Assembly (NCBI GenBank): GCA_039818205.1
Contig: JBCBUK010000004.1
Location: forward strand, 200,302 to 264,301
Length of the DNA: 64,000 nt
Direction of reading: 5' to 3'
Source of the DNA: Verrucomicrobiota bacterium
GTDB lineage: Bacteria > Verrucomicrobiota > Verrucomicrobiia > Opitutales > Cerasicoccaceae
Shown: positions 37,020-46,634 of the stretch, one piece after another
How positions within the stretch are numbered: position 1 is the first letter of the stretch
Layout of the letters: every line of letters starts with the position of its first letter
The notes under the pieces: generated by a model
The model's database searches: none
Told to the model about the DNA's origin: nothing
The model's input: the letters and a program-made list of their open reading frames with translations, nothing else
Position numbers and translations under genes: made by a program

Positions 37020-38180
37020 CTAGCGACGCGGGCTGTAACTTTCCTGCCTCGGTTCGTTGGATTCGATCTTCTCTACGGGAATCGGTGCAACCGGCGATGA
37101 ATCTGGGAAGGAGTCCACTTGGGGTGGCTCTTGCTCTTTCTTACCGATTTTCATCTCTACCGGGCCTGTTTCGCCTTCGGGGCTCGGGCCTGCCTCACGG
37201 AGGAAAAATTTGATATAGGCCTTCTTGCGAAGCTTTTCGAGCCAGCGTTGCTGAGCCTGGCGGGCGAGCTGCGCAGTGATCGCCTGTTCGATTTCCTGGC
37301 GCACGGCGGCGAGCTGCTTTACTCCGGACTCACGCTTATCTTCGACGAGGATGATGTAGGTGACTCCATCGAGGCGGATTGGCTGGCTGTATTCTCCCGC
37401 CGAAAGCGATTGGGCCGCTTGGCTAAGCTCATCTCGCAGGTCGCCATATTCGCGCCAGCCCCAATCACCGCCGATCGCGGCGTTCATGTCTTGGCTGTAG
37501 CGGCGTGCGAGGTCGCCGAAATTCTCACCATTGTTCAGCTGGTTGATAATCGCGGAGGCTTGCTGTTCCATCAGGTCTTCGCTTTCGCCGGTAATTGGCA
37601 TCAGCGTGATCATCCGGAGCTTAACGCCTTCTTCCTCGAAGAACTGGCTCTTGTTCTTCTCGTAATATTCCTGGATCTTCTGTGGGCTGACTTCGGTTTG
37701 CGATTTCAGCATCTGACCTCGCATGTAGCTAACGATGATTTGTTCGCGCAGCTCTTTCCGGAATTGGAGGTCATTTTTACCCTGGAGACGGAGATACTCG
37801 AGAAATTCAGACCGATCGCCATTGAATTCATTGGTGATGTAGTCGTCATACTCATTGTCCAGATAAGCCTTGGGAATGTTGAATCCCTCCTCATTGAACT
37901 CCTTGATGATCAAGATCTGGTCGATCATGTTTTGCAGGATCTCGCGGGTGATCAGCTGGATGTTGCGGTCAAACTCCATTTGGGTTCGTGAGCTGCGTCG
38001 CACTTCTGGCACGAGCGGAGCGACTTCCTTGCGGAGTGCTTCGAGCGTGATGATCTCGTCATTTACCTGAGCGGCGATGCCGTTGGTGTACTTGATGTCC
38101 CAGTTTTGTTTTGCGAGCTGGGCCTGGGCCGCAGTCGCGAGGATAAAGCTGAAAATTACTGTGAGCAGGTGCTTTGTCAT
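37020..38180 (-). CDS. surA: SurA/PpiC-type peptidyl-prolyl isomerase chaperone
   Basis: Signal peptide, IAAQVNDEIIT (SurA N-domain), FGDLARRYSQD..A..GGDWGW parvulin motif; follows mfd. Confidence 0.8.
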   Translation of the reverse strand: MTKHLLTVIFSFILATAAQAQLAKQNWDIKYTNGIAAQVNDEIITLEALRKEVAPLVPEVRRSSRTQMEFDRNIQLITREILQNMIDQILIIKEFNEEGFNIPKAYLDNEYDDYITNEFNGDRSEFLEYLRLQGKNDLQFRKELREQIIVSYMRGQMLKSQTEVSPQKIQEYYEKNKSQFFEEEGVKLRMITLMPITGESEDLMEQQASAIINQLNNGENFGDLARRYSQDMNAAIGGDWGWREYGDLRDELSQAAQSLSAGEYSQPIRLDGVTYIILVEDKRESGVKQLAAVRQEIEQAITAQLARQAQQRWLEKLRKKAYIKFFLREAGPSPEGETGPVEMKIGKKEQEPPQVDSFPDSSPVAPIPVEKIESNEPRQESYSPRR

Positions 38181-38181
38181 C

Positions 38182-41100
38182 TTAGTTTTGTTCCTGGCGT
38201 TTCAGGAATGTCAAAATTTCGCGCATTCTGGTTGGAGCTTTCTTGGCGGTCAAGCGGGGAAAGCGATTGCCGATCATCAAGAATTCGGGTCCTCCACTCT
38301 TTGCTTTCTTGCATTTTAACTTGTTTCCTTCGGTTTCGACCAAAGAAATACCACAACGTTCAGCCCAGACACGAATTTCTGTTAATAAAATTAGCGATTC
38401 GACTTCTCGCGGTGGCTTTCCAAAACGATCGGAGATTTCCTCGGCAATGGCGGCGACGGCTCTGGGTGAGGCCGCCAGCGCCAGCCGGCGGTAAAAATCG
38501 ATCCGTAATCGGGCCTCCTGGAGGTAGGATTCCGGCAAATAAGCTTCGACGGCCTTGATTGCGCCCTTTTCCCGGTCAAGTTCCTTGAGGGCGCCGTAGC
38601 CGATTTTCACCTCGGCGGCCTCAGTTTCGATCTGGGCCCGGCCAACGAGTACAAAATCGAGTCGAACATTGGCCCGAATGGCAGCGGCCTCATCATCGCC
38701 CTTGAGCCGTGAAATGCTCTGGCGGAGTAGCTGACAGTAGAGTTCAAAGCCCACATTGGCGATGTGCCCGTGCTGCTTGAGGCCAATCAAATTACCGGCT
38801 CCTCGAAGCTCAAGGTCACGCATGGCAATGCGGAATCCAGCGCCCAATTGGTTATATTGCTTGATGGCTCCCAAGCGTTTGCGGGCTAGGTCAAGTAGCC
38901 GACTGTGGCGATGCAGGAGCAGATAGCAGTACGCCTGGCGGTTGAAACGCCCGACTCGACCACGCAACTGATACAGTTGACTGAGCCCAAAGCGGTCGGC
39001 GCCCTCGATGATGATTGTATTGCAGTTCGGGATATCGAGGCCGTTTTCGATAATAGTGGTGCAGACCAGCACGTCATATTGGCCGCGGACGAACTCCGTC
39101 ATCACCTTTTCTAGTTCGCGTTCACTCATTTGGCCATGGCCAACGGCAATGCGCAGTTTCGGGTGTTGCTTGCGAAGCTCATTGGCCACCGTCTCGATGG
39201 TCTGGACCTGATTGTGCAGGTAAAAAACTTGGCCTCCCCGTTCGATTTCTCGCTCAATGGCAGTTTTGACCAATTTGGGTTCGTAGTGTTTGACGATGGT
39301 CTCAATCGGTCGGCGATTGCGCGGTGCGGTCTCAATCACGCTCAGATCCCTCGCGCCGACTAAGGCGAAATACAGCGTCCGGGGAATCGGAGTCGCACTC
39401 ATCGTGAGGACATCGACGTTGCGCTTGAGCTGTTTCAGGGACTCTTTTTGCCGCACCCCGAAACGGTGTTCCTCATCAATGATCAGCAGCCCAAGGTCTT
39501 TGTAGGCCACGTTCTTGCCGAGCAATGCGTGCGTGCCAACGATTATGTCGATTTTACCCGCCTTAAGTTGCTGTAGAATTTCCCGCTTCTGCTGAGCGGT
39601 ACGAAAACGAGATAGCATCTCGACCGTGACCGGATACTCGGCAAAGCGATCGCGAAAGGTTTGGAAATGCTGCTGGCAGAGAACTGTGGTGGGAATGAGC
39701 AGAGCGACTTGTTTGCCTTCAAGGGCCATCTTAAATGCGGCTCGAATTGCAATCTCGGTCTTGCCAAAGCCCACATCTCCACAGAGCAGGCGGTCCATTG
39801 GTGTCGGTTTCTCAAGATCGTTTTTCGCGTCATTGATCGCTTGCTTCTGGTCGCGGGTTTCCTCGTAAACAAATGCGTCTTCGAAGTCGCGCAGCCAGGG
39901 GTGGTCAGCGGAACAGGCATAGCCCGGATTCGTCTCACGTTCGGCCTGCAGGCGCAGGAGCTCGCCCGCGAAGTCCAGCGTGGCTCGCTCGGCGGCGGCC
40001 CGGGCTTTCGCCCACTGGGTGCTTCCCAGTTTACCGAGCTTGGGGCTCGCCTTCGTCAGGCCGACGTATCGGCTTAGCAAGTGGCTTTCGTGCAGGCGTA
40101 GGTGAACCGTTACTCCCTCGGCGAACTCGAGGGTGATAACCTCCTCCTCCCGCTTGCCAACTTTGAGCATCTGGAGACCGCGGAAAATACAGACTCCATT
40201 CTGGAGATGAACAAGGTGGTCACCGTCCGCGAGCTCGGAGAAGTCCAGCGCCTGATCGACTGCCTGCCGATGCGGCATCTTGCGCTGGCGTCGACCGATC
40301 CGAACGCGTCGGCGTCCAAAGAGTTCAGCTTCAGTCACCCAAACCTCACGCTGGTCGGCAGATTCGATGCGAAAACCATCGCTCAAAGGCGCAATCGTCA
40401 ATTCGGCTTTTAGTTTCTTTCCCGCCGGGTCTTCGTGGATCAGTTCATTGAGCCGGCGTTCTTCGGCGTCAGATTTGAGAACGAAATGAATGCGGTGTCC
40501 ACCTTGCTGCCAGCGAAAGAGATGTTGCAGGAAATCGCGCCGCGACCGTTGTTCGGTTTCCAATCGAATCGCTCCCAGCTGATTGGATTCAGCGAATGTC
40601 GCGTAGTTTTCGAGTGGCTCACTGATCGTTTCGATTCTTTCCGGTGATTCTCCCAAAAGCGCCAGATCGAGCTCCAGCTCGGATAGGGCGATCCAGGTGT
40701 CATCAAGCTTAGAGCGGCGCTTGACCAGGTGTTGTAAATTGCGAGATGGGGGAGGAATATTCTCCGGGAACTGGAAGAGGTCGGGATCGGCATCAACAAG
40801 TTCGCCGGGTTCCCGGAGGATCCAGGTGACCCGGTCGGGAAGATAGTCGAGTAGGGTGGCGGGCTGCTGCCGTGAATCCGGTTCAACGGCGGGTGACAAA
40901 AATGCTTCTTTCAGCGATTCACCTGAGCGTTGACTGGTCGGATCAAACTCTCGAATCGAGTCAATTTCGTCTCCGAAGAAATCGATGCGGATCGGAGCAT
41001 TGGCATTGAGCGGGTAGATATCGATTAATCCGCCGCGGACGGAGAACTGCCCTGGAGTTTCGCAAAGCGCCTCAGAATCGTAGCCGAGCTCCTCATTCAG

Positions 41101-41559
41101 CTTTTTCACCAATGCCGCAAAGGGCTGCTCTTCGCCTACCTGCAGGCGGACCGCGTCGGTTCGTAGTTTGGTGGGATTTGGAAGCGGTTGGAGCAGGGCA
41201 CCTGGGTGGACGGCGAGGCAGATCTGTTCGTTTGGATGGTGCTTTGCCTGGATCAAGGATGAGAGCGCGGCGAGTCGATCGCAATTGAGTTCAAAGGCGC
41301 GCGGGTCATCAGCCTCAATCTCTCCCAGGTTGGGCAGATTGAGCACGCGGAGATCTGGCTGGCCTTTGGCGATACGTCCAAAGAAAAAGTCGATGTCTTC
41401 CGCCCAGGACTCCAGCCTCTTGCCAGCGGCGCCCACCAAGACTGTGATCGGAATATCCGATTGGGCAATCAGCCGAGCACTGACCGCGGCAACAGCAGGC
41501 TCAGCCACCCCAAAATGGTGATGGATCGCCGCTTGCTTCGGTAAAATGACTGGCTGCAT
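38182..41559 (-). CDS. mfd: Transcription-repair coupling factor
   Basis: GQFSVRGGLIDIYP, DRLLCGDVGFGKTE, DEEHRFGV, GLSQLYQLRGRVGR, DLELRGAGN, C-terminal TRCF domain. Confidence 0.97.
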   Translation of the reverse strand: MQPVILPKQAAIHHHFGVAEPAVAAVSARLIAQSDIPITVLVGAAGKRLESWAEDIDFFFGRIAKGQPDLRVLNLPNLGEIEADDPRAFELNCDRLAALSSLIQAKHHPNEQICLAVHPGALLQPLPNPTKLRTDAVRLQVGEEQPFAALVKKLNEELGYDSEALCETPGQFSVRGGLIDIYPLNANAPIRIDFFGDEIDSIREFDPTSQRSGESLKEAFLSPAVEPDSRQQPATLLDYLPDRVTWILREPGELVDADPDLFQFPENIPPPSRNLQHLVKRRSKLDDTWIALSELELDLALLGESPERIETISEPLENYATFAESNQLGAIRLETEQRSRRDFLQHLFRWQQGGHRIHFVLKSDAEERRLNELIHEDPAGKKLKAELTIAPLSDGFRIESADQREVWVTEAELFGRRRVRIGRRQRKMPHRQAVDQALDFSELADGDHLVHLQNGVCIFRGLQMLKVGKREEEVITLEFAEGVTVHLRLHESHLLSRYVGLTKASPKLGKLGSTQWAKARAAAERATLDFAGELLRLQAERETNPGYACSADHPWLRDFEDAFVYEETRDQKQAINDAKNDLEKPTPMDRLLCGDVGFGKTEIAIRAAFKMALEGKQVALLIPTTVLCQQHFQTFRDRFAEYPVTVEMLSRFRTAQQKREILQQLKAGKIDIIVGTHALLGKNVAYKDLGLLIIDEEHRFGVRQKESLKQLKRNVDVLTMSATPIPRTLYFALVGARDLSVIETAPRNRRPIETIVKHYEPKLVKTAIEREIERGGQVFYLHNQVQTIETVANELRKQHPKLRIAVGHGQMSERELEKVMTEFVRGQYDVLVCTTIIENGLDIPNCNTIIIEGADRFGLSQLYQLRGRVGRFNRQAYCYLLLHRHSRLLDLARKRLGAIKQYNQLGAGFRIAMRDLELRGAGNLIGLKQHGHIANVGFELYCQLLRQSISRLKGDDEAAAIRANVRLDFVLVGRAQIETEAAEVKIGYGALKELDREKGAIKAVEAYLPESYLQEARLRIDFYRRLALAASPRAVAAIAEEISDRFGKPPREVESLILLTEIRVWAERCGISLVETEGNKLKCKKAKSGGPEFLMIGNRFPRLTAKKAPTRMREILTFLKRQEQN

Positions 41560-41686
41560 AAAAAAGACTTCAGGCCGGCGGAGAAATTTCCGTCGGATTC
41601 TTTTTGGGGCGCCTATTGCGCAAAGATTCTAGGCAATCACATTCCCAGATAAATTCAACCCTGCGAAATGGAATACGAAGCGTTGC

Positions 41687-42376
41687 TTACAGGCGGCCGA
41701 GCTTGGAAAGCGCGTCGCGAGCGGCGGCTTCCTCGGCGTCCTTTTTGCTGGAGCCGGTGCCGTGCCCCTGCGCCTGACCTTCAATACGGACTTCGACCTC
41801 AAACTTTTTCGCGTGACCCGGGCCGGATTCGCCGATCAAAATGTAGGCAGGCTGTATGCGGCCTTGGGCTTGAGTCCATTCCTGTAGGCGCCCTTTCGGG
41901 TTATCGTGTGCCAGTTGGAGCTGGAGCACGCTGGGCAAGTCCCCATACCAGGCAAGAACGCATTCACGCGTTTGCTGGTAGTCGCTATCGAGATAGATCG
42001 CGCCAATCACGGCCTCGAGGGCATCCTCCAGGGCGGCATCGCGGTCGTGGCCCGCATTGTTGCGCTCCGATTCGCTCATGCGGAGGTGCTCGGGCAGTTG
42101 AAGCCGGCGTGCAATATCGGCGAGGAAGGCACCTTTGGCGAGGACCGACCGACACTGGGCGAGGTGGCCTTCGCGCTCGTCGGGGAACTGGAGAAATATC
42201 GACTCCGCCAAAATCATGCTGAGAACGGCGTCACCGAGAAACTCAAGTCTCTGGTTATCAGTTATCTCTGGGGATTCTTGAGTGCAAGAGCAGTGGGTGA
42301 GAGCCTGTTCAAGCAGAGCGGGCGTCTGGAAATGATACCCGATCTTAGCCTGGAGCGGTTCCAAGGACCCTATCAT
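41687..42376 (-). CDS. rnc: Ribonuclease III
   Basis: NQRLEFLGDAVL signature, EDALEAVIGAIYLD, dsRBD NPKGRLQE...GSSKKDAEEAAA. Confidence 0.96.
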   Translation of the reverse strand: MIGSLEPLQAKIGYHFQTPALLEQALTHCSCTQESPEITDNQRLEFLGDAVLSMILAESIFLQFPDEREGHLAQCRSVLAKGAFLADIARRLQLPEHLRMSESERNNAGHDRDAALEDALEAVIGAIYLDSDYQQTRECVLAWYGDLPSVLQLQLAHDNPKGRLQEWTQAQGRIQPAYILIGESGPGHAKKFEVEVRIEGQAQGHGTGSSKKDAEEAAARDALSKLGRL

Positions 42377-43012
42377 CTAAAGACTGCGTACGACTGCCTT
42401 GGCTACCCCTTGAATGATCAGCTCGGAGACGGGGAAGAGGGCTGGAAAGTCCGGGTTCTCTGCCTTGAGGTAGGGAGCATGACCGCGGGTTTTAACGTAC
42501 CGCTTCAGGGTGGTCTCGCCATCGATCAGGGCGGCAACAATCGCGCCATTGCGTGGATTGGTTCCCGGTTCGACGACGACGAGGTCGCCGTCAAAAATAC
42601 CGACATCGATCATACTGTCACCGCGGACCTTGAGTGCGAACGCATTGGCGTTTCGTCGCACGCTGGTGTACGATGAGTCGATCTGTAGGCGTCCGATTTC
42701 CCCGCCGGATTCAACGCCTTCAGGATAGCCTGCAGCGATTGCTCCGTAGATGGGGAGGGTGACGACATCGTTGTTATCCAAACGAGGGTTTTCGCCGTCG
42801 TCGTAGGCGACTTTAAAGGTGCGGGCTTGGCCCGGAGCTCGACTCAGAAAGCCCTTGCGTTCTAGTGCACGTAAGTGCCCCATCACTGCGTTGGTGCTTT
42901 TGAATCCAAATTGTTCCTGTATCTCGCGAATGCTAGGCCAGAACTGGTTTTCGCGGAATTGGTCCTTCACGAATTGAAGTATTTCCTTTTGTCTTGTGGT
43001 AAGTCCTTTCAT
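42377..43012 (-). CDS. lexA: SOS repressor LexA
   Basis: LTTRQKEIL, PSIREI...GFKSTNAVMGHLRALERKG, cleavage site IAAG, catalytic GDSM and TLKR. Confidence 0.95.
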   Translation of the reverse strand: MKGLTTRQKEILQFVKDQFRENQFWPSIREIQEQFGFKSTNAVMGHLRALERKGFLSRAPGQARTFKVAYDDGENPRLDNNDVVTLPIYGAIAAGYPEGVESGGEIGRLQIDSSYTSVRRNANAFALKVRGDSMIDVGIFDGDLVVVEPGTNPRNGAIVAALIDGETTLKRYVKTRGHAPYLKAENPDFPALFPVSELIIQGVAKAVVRSL

Positions 43013-43145
43013 GACGATTCCTTTTACTACTTATATGAGTAATGTTTTAATGTTCACTGTCAACTGGATTTTAGGTGAACGTAGGAATCGTAGTATTTTT
43101 GTCAAATCGCTGGGGCTTTTTCGGGATCGCCGGGAACGAAGCCAA

Positions 43146-43175
43146 AAGAAAACGCAGCTCGGTTAGAGCTGCGTT
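43146..43175 (-). terminator. Intrinsic terminator
   Basis: AACGCAGCTC-GGTTA-GAGCTGCGTT with a T-tract on the minus strand, downstream of the 43209-43748 gene. Confidence 0.7.
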
Positions 43176-43208
43176 CTCAACAAGTAAGCTGGGTGCTGAT
43201 CGTTTTGG

Positions 43209-43748
43209 CTATGCAGCCGGTGGTATGGTAATTTCGGCGGCGATTTCGTAGTCGCAAAGATCGTTTGTGGTCGCGATGAGGCGCTCAAGGCCCTCTTGGC
43301 TGGAAATGCTCCCGCGCAAATGAAGTTTGTCGCCGTGGACTTCGTAGATGAGATCCGAAATATTGCTAATTAACCCGGCATCTCGGTGATCCTGCATCAT
43401 GATGACCATGGTCATCGAGCGAATTTCAAAGATTGCTTCGATCGAAGCGTCGTCTTGATTCCCACCTTGGGGAGCGGGAGTCAGTTGATAGCCTGAACCT
43501 GCGGGACTCAGGCGATTGGCTGGAGTGATTAACAAACTGCCATCTTGGCGTCGGATGACGATGCTGGGCGAGAGGTTGCCATCGATGTTCAGATCGGAGG
43601 CGATGGTGCCGATGGTTTGACCTTGCACATCGTGCACGGTTGATCCAACGGTAGAGCCGAAAAGGCTATGAGAGGCGGCCAAGGTAAGAATCCACGCAAA
43701 CCATGCGATGCAACCGTGGCGCAATGTGGGAGAAAATCGGTTTCGCAT
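43209..43748 (-). CDS. Secreted protein with PRC-barrel-like and BON-like segments
   Basis: VGSTVHDVQGQTIGTI (PRC pattern) and EVHGDKLHLRGSISSQE (BON pattern). Confidence 0.55.
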   Translation of the reverse strand: MRNRFSPTLRHGCIAWFAWILTLAASHSLFGSTVGSTVHDVQGQTIGTIASDLNIDGNLSPSIVIRRQDGSLLITPANRLSPAGSGYQLTPAPQGGNQDDASIEAIFEIRSMTMVIMMQDHRDAGLISNISDLIYEVHGDKLHLRGSISSQEGLERLIATTNDLCDYEIAAEITIPPAA

Positions 43749-43967
43749 AACTTTTAATTTGGTAAGAATTATATTTATAAACGATTGAAGGAGCGTTCTA
43801 TAGGGAATTTTTTACAATACATATCGATACCGCTACTAATGGGGTGTTTCGCGGTTAATGGGTAGGTGTTATCAATTGGAAAAGTCCTTTCTGGAGGTGA
43901 GTTTACCGATTTTTATCAAAAATTTTTTACAATCTTAGCTCAATTTGGGTGAAGCTATCTATCGACT

Positions 43968-44831
43968 ATGCCGGATAAAAAAAATGTGATCGTCGCTCTA
44001 CTGTCGGGACCTGACCAACCAGGGTTGGTCGCGAAAGTATCTGGGTGGATTTTTGAGCGCGGGAGTAACATTTTGCACGCTGACCAGCATCGGGACGATG
44101 CCGCGAATATTTTCTTTCAGCGCGTGGTTTGGGTGTGCCCGGATGATGAGCGAGTTCGGGAGGAAGTCGCCGGGTTTCGGGCATTTGCTCAGGACGAGCT
44201 GAACATGACTTGCCGGGTCAACCGGCGATCCGACCAGGCAAAGGTCGGCATTATGGTCTCAAAGATCGACCATTGCTTCCACGATATCGCGCTGCGTTTT
44301 CGCGCTGGTGAGTTGCCGGGAAATGCCGTCGTCGCGGTTTCCAATCACGAGGCCCTTCGCGAGGCGGCCGCAAGTTACGGCTTGCCGTTTCACTATGTGC
44401 CAGTCACCCGGGAGAACAAGGTTGAGGCCGAGAAAAAGCAGATCGAGGTCCTGCAATCGGCGGGAATCGAACTCGTGGTGATGGCCCGTTATATGCAGGT
44501 TTTGTCTGAAGATTTTTTGGCGAACATTGGCTGCCCGGTCATCAATATCCATCATAGTTTTTTGCCGGCATTCGCTGGTGGACGACCCTACCACCAGGCT
44601 TACGACCGTGGGGTGAAGCTCATAGGCGCGACGGCGCACTATGCGACGGCCGACCTCGATGAAGGACCAATCATTGCGCAGGATGTCGCCCGGATCACTC
44701 ATCGACTCGGACCCGCTGACCTCGTTCGTCGCGGCAAGGATTTGGAAAAAGCGGTCTTCGCCCAGGCGATCCGTTGGCACTTGGAACACCGAATCCTCGT
44801 TTACAACAACAAGACCGTGGTTTTCGATTAG
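43968..44831 (+). CDS. purU: Formyltetrahydrofolate deformylase
   Basis: ACT domain GPDQPGLVA, MARYMQVLS, INIHHSFLPAF.G..PYHQA..RGVKLIGATAHY.T.DLDEGPII.QD. Confidence 0.96.
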   Translation: MPDKKNVIVALLSGPDQPGLVAKVSGWIFERGSNILHADQHRDDAANIFFQRVVWVCPDDERVREEVAGFRAFAQDELNMTCRVNRRSDQAKVGIMVSKIDHCFHDIALRFRAGELPGNAVVAVSNHEALREAAASYGLPFHYVPVTRENKVEAEKKQIEVLQSAGIELVVMARYMQVLSEDFLANIGCPVINIHHSFLPAFAGGRPYHQAYDRGVKLIGATAHYATADLDEGPIIAQDVARITHRLGPADLVRRGKDLEKAVFAQAIRWHLEHRILVYNNKTVVFD

Positions 44832-44952
44832 GGTTGGCCGTGGATGGATTCGGCCACTAGAAGTTGGAGACTACTAAAATGGAACAAGTTGGGAGCGAAG
44901 TTGACCCAAAATCGATGCAGTCCCGCTGCTCTGAACTTTAAAAAGCGTATAC

Positions 44953-45468
44953 ATGTCCAGTTTCAATCCGAGTGACTATGGTCCGGTTTTAGCGGAGTGG
45001 GTTGCGTTGTCGCATCCGATCAACCTTGGCCCGGGGCGGTCCGATGAAGCGCTGCGGGGGAAATTTTGTGGGCTGACCGCGGATCTCGCCTTTGCTGGAA
45101 AGACGATCAAAGACCCAACAATGGCAAAAGCCTGTTTGAGTGCCCTGATGCTGCGCTTGGACTTTCTCGACGATTCGCATGAGATTAGCCAGACGATCGA
45201 TACTCCAACGGGGAGCTTTCTTCATGGGGTCATGCACCGCCGTGAGCCCGACTATGGAAACGCGAAGTATTGGTTTAGGCAAGTGGGTGCGCATCCAGTT
45301 TTGGATCAGCTTGCGGAGGAGTTTCCGGGATTTGAAGCGATTGCCTTTGTGGACCGCGTAGCTAATGTGATCGAAACGGGCACCGAGGAAGAATCAGCGT
45401 GCCAAGCAATTCAACAGCGCGAGTGGGAACTGCTCTTTGACTACTGCTATGAGCAAGCCGTTGGCTAG
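44953..45468 (+). CDS. Conserved-looking hypothetical protein (SH..SQ / [18 protein letters not shown])
   Basis: Clean ORF between purU and DUF192 with a strongly motif-like core. Confidence 0.75.
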   Translation: MSSFNPSDYGPVLAEWVALSHPINLGPGRSDEALRGKFCGLTADLAFAGKTIKDPTMAKACLSALMLRLDFLDDSHEISQTIDTPTGSFLHGVMHRREPDYGNAKYWFRQVGAHPVLDQLAEEFPGFEAIAFVDRVANVIETGTEEESACQAIQQREWELLFDYCYEQAVG

Positions 45469-45480
45469 GCGTCGACTTGC

Positions 45481-46011
45481 TTACTCAGGCGTTTTGATGT
45501 TGGAATCGGCGGGATTGTAACCACGGGCCTTCACGTATTCTGTGACTTTGGCGAGGTCGATTTTGTCGCCCGGGCGGACCCGGTTTTCGGTGAACCAGCG
45601 AAAGTCCATTTCCAGGGCATATTGAATATTTTCGTTCCGCGATCTCACGGGGTTTTCGTCGTGCGCGTACATGTGATGAGTCTCGAGGATGACGCCGTCC
45701 GGGTCGATATAGGCAATGTCGATTGGGAATTTGACGTTCTTCATCCAGAATCCGCGTGGCTCGGCTTTGGGAAAAATGAAGAGCATGCCTTCGTTCTCAC
45801 CCAGGCCGTTGCGATACATTAGGCCTTTCATCTGTTCGTCTCGATTCACGGCGAGCTGCACCTTGATCTCCTGTCCGCCGACACTGAGCGGATAATAGGT
45901 CGAGGCCGGGTCGGGATTGGCCACAGTCGCTGCTGAACCGTCGTCGGACTGACAGGCGGTGGCGAAGGCCAAAAGCAACAGGAGGAAGGGGAGAACGCGG
46001 ATCATATCCAT
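45481..46011 (-). CDS. DUF192-domain lipoprotein
   Basis: Lipobox AFATA|C; KGLMYR, GMLFIF, FWMKNVKFPIDIAYI, YALEM. Confidence 0.9.
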   Translation of the reverse strand: MDMIRVLPFLLLLLAFATACQSDDGSAATVANPDPASTYYPLSVGGQEIKVQLAVNRDEQMKGLMYRNGLGENEGMLFIFPKAEPRGFWMKNVKFPIDIAYIDPDGVILETHHMYAHDENPVRSRNENIQYALEMDFRWFTENRVRPGDKIDLAKVTEYVKARGYNPADSNIKTPE

Positions 46012-46072
46012 GGGATTAAGAGAACAAGGCGATGCTTGCCAATGCGAAAGTCAGAGTCCTTCATGGCTTGCA

Positions 46073-46627
46073 ATGAACAAAGCACTCTTTCTCGATCGCG
46101 ATGGCACCCTCAATTACGACGTGCATCACCTGCACGACCCCGACGAGCTGGTTGTGGTTTCGGGTGCGCGCGACGCCCTGATTCAGGCTCGGGAGCTCGG
46201 CTTTCGCTTTTACCTGGTAACGAATCAGAGTGGTGTCGGTCGCGGTTACTTTACCATGGAGGACGTCTATGCCTGCAATGCTCGCCTCTTGGAGCTTCTT
46301 GATTTGGGCGAAGATCTGTTTGATGGTATCATCATTGCGCCTGAGCGTCCGGATCAACCCAGTGAGTATCGCAAGCCGTCACCGAAATTTCTCCAGGAGA
46401 TGATTGCGCGGGATAATCTGGATCCCTCAGCGAGTTACATGTTGGGCGACCGCTGGAGCGATTGGCAATGTGGCATTAATGCCTCCGTCAATCCGGTGGC
46501 ATTGCGGACGGGTAAAGAGCTCGACGAGCAGGCAATGGATCTGGTCAACGAGCATGATATCCCAGTATACGATTCAATCGTGGAGTTCATGAATGAGCTG
46601 TCGGCGAAACTAACTGAGCAGGCTTAG
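46073..46627 (+). CDS. gmhB: HAD-IIIA phosphatase, D-glycero-D-manno-heptose-1,7-bisphosphate phosphatase-like
   Basis: ALFLDRDGTLN, VTNQSGVGRG, RKPSP, MLGDRWSD. Confidence 0.85.
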   Translation: MNKALFLDRDGTLNYDVHHLHDPDELVVVSGARDALIQARELGFRFYLVTNQSGVGRGYFTMEDVYACNARLLELLDLGEDLFDGIIIAPERPDQPSEYRKPSPKFLQEMIARDNLDPSASYMLGDRWSDWQCGINASVNPVALRTGKELDEQAMDLVNEHDIPVYDSIVEFMNELSAKLTEQA

Positions 46628-46634
46628 CGGCTGG

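Noticed and set aside
37119..37991. 290-aa ORF antisense to surA
   Set aside because: Mirror-frame shadow with no recognisable domain.
41668..42676. Plus-strand ORFs over rnc/lexA
   Set aside because: Shadows of two unambiguous minus-strand genes.
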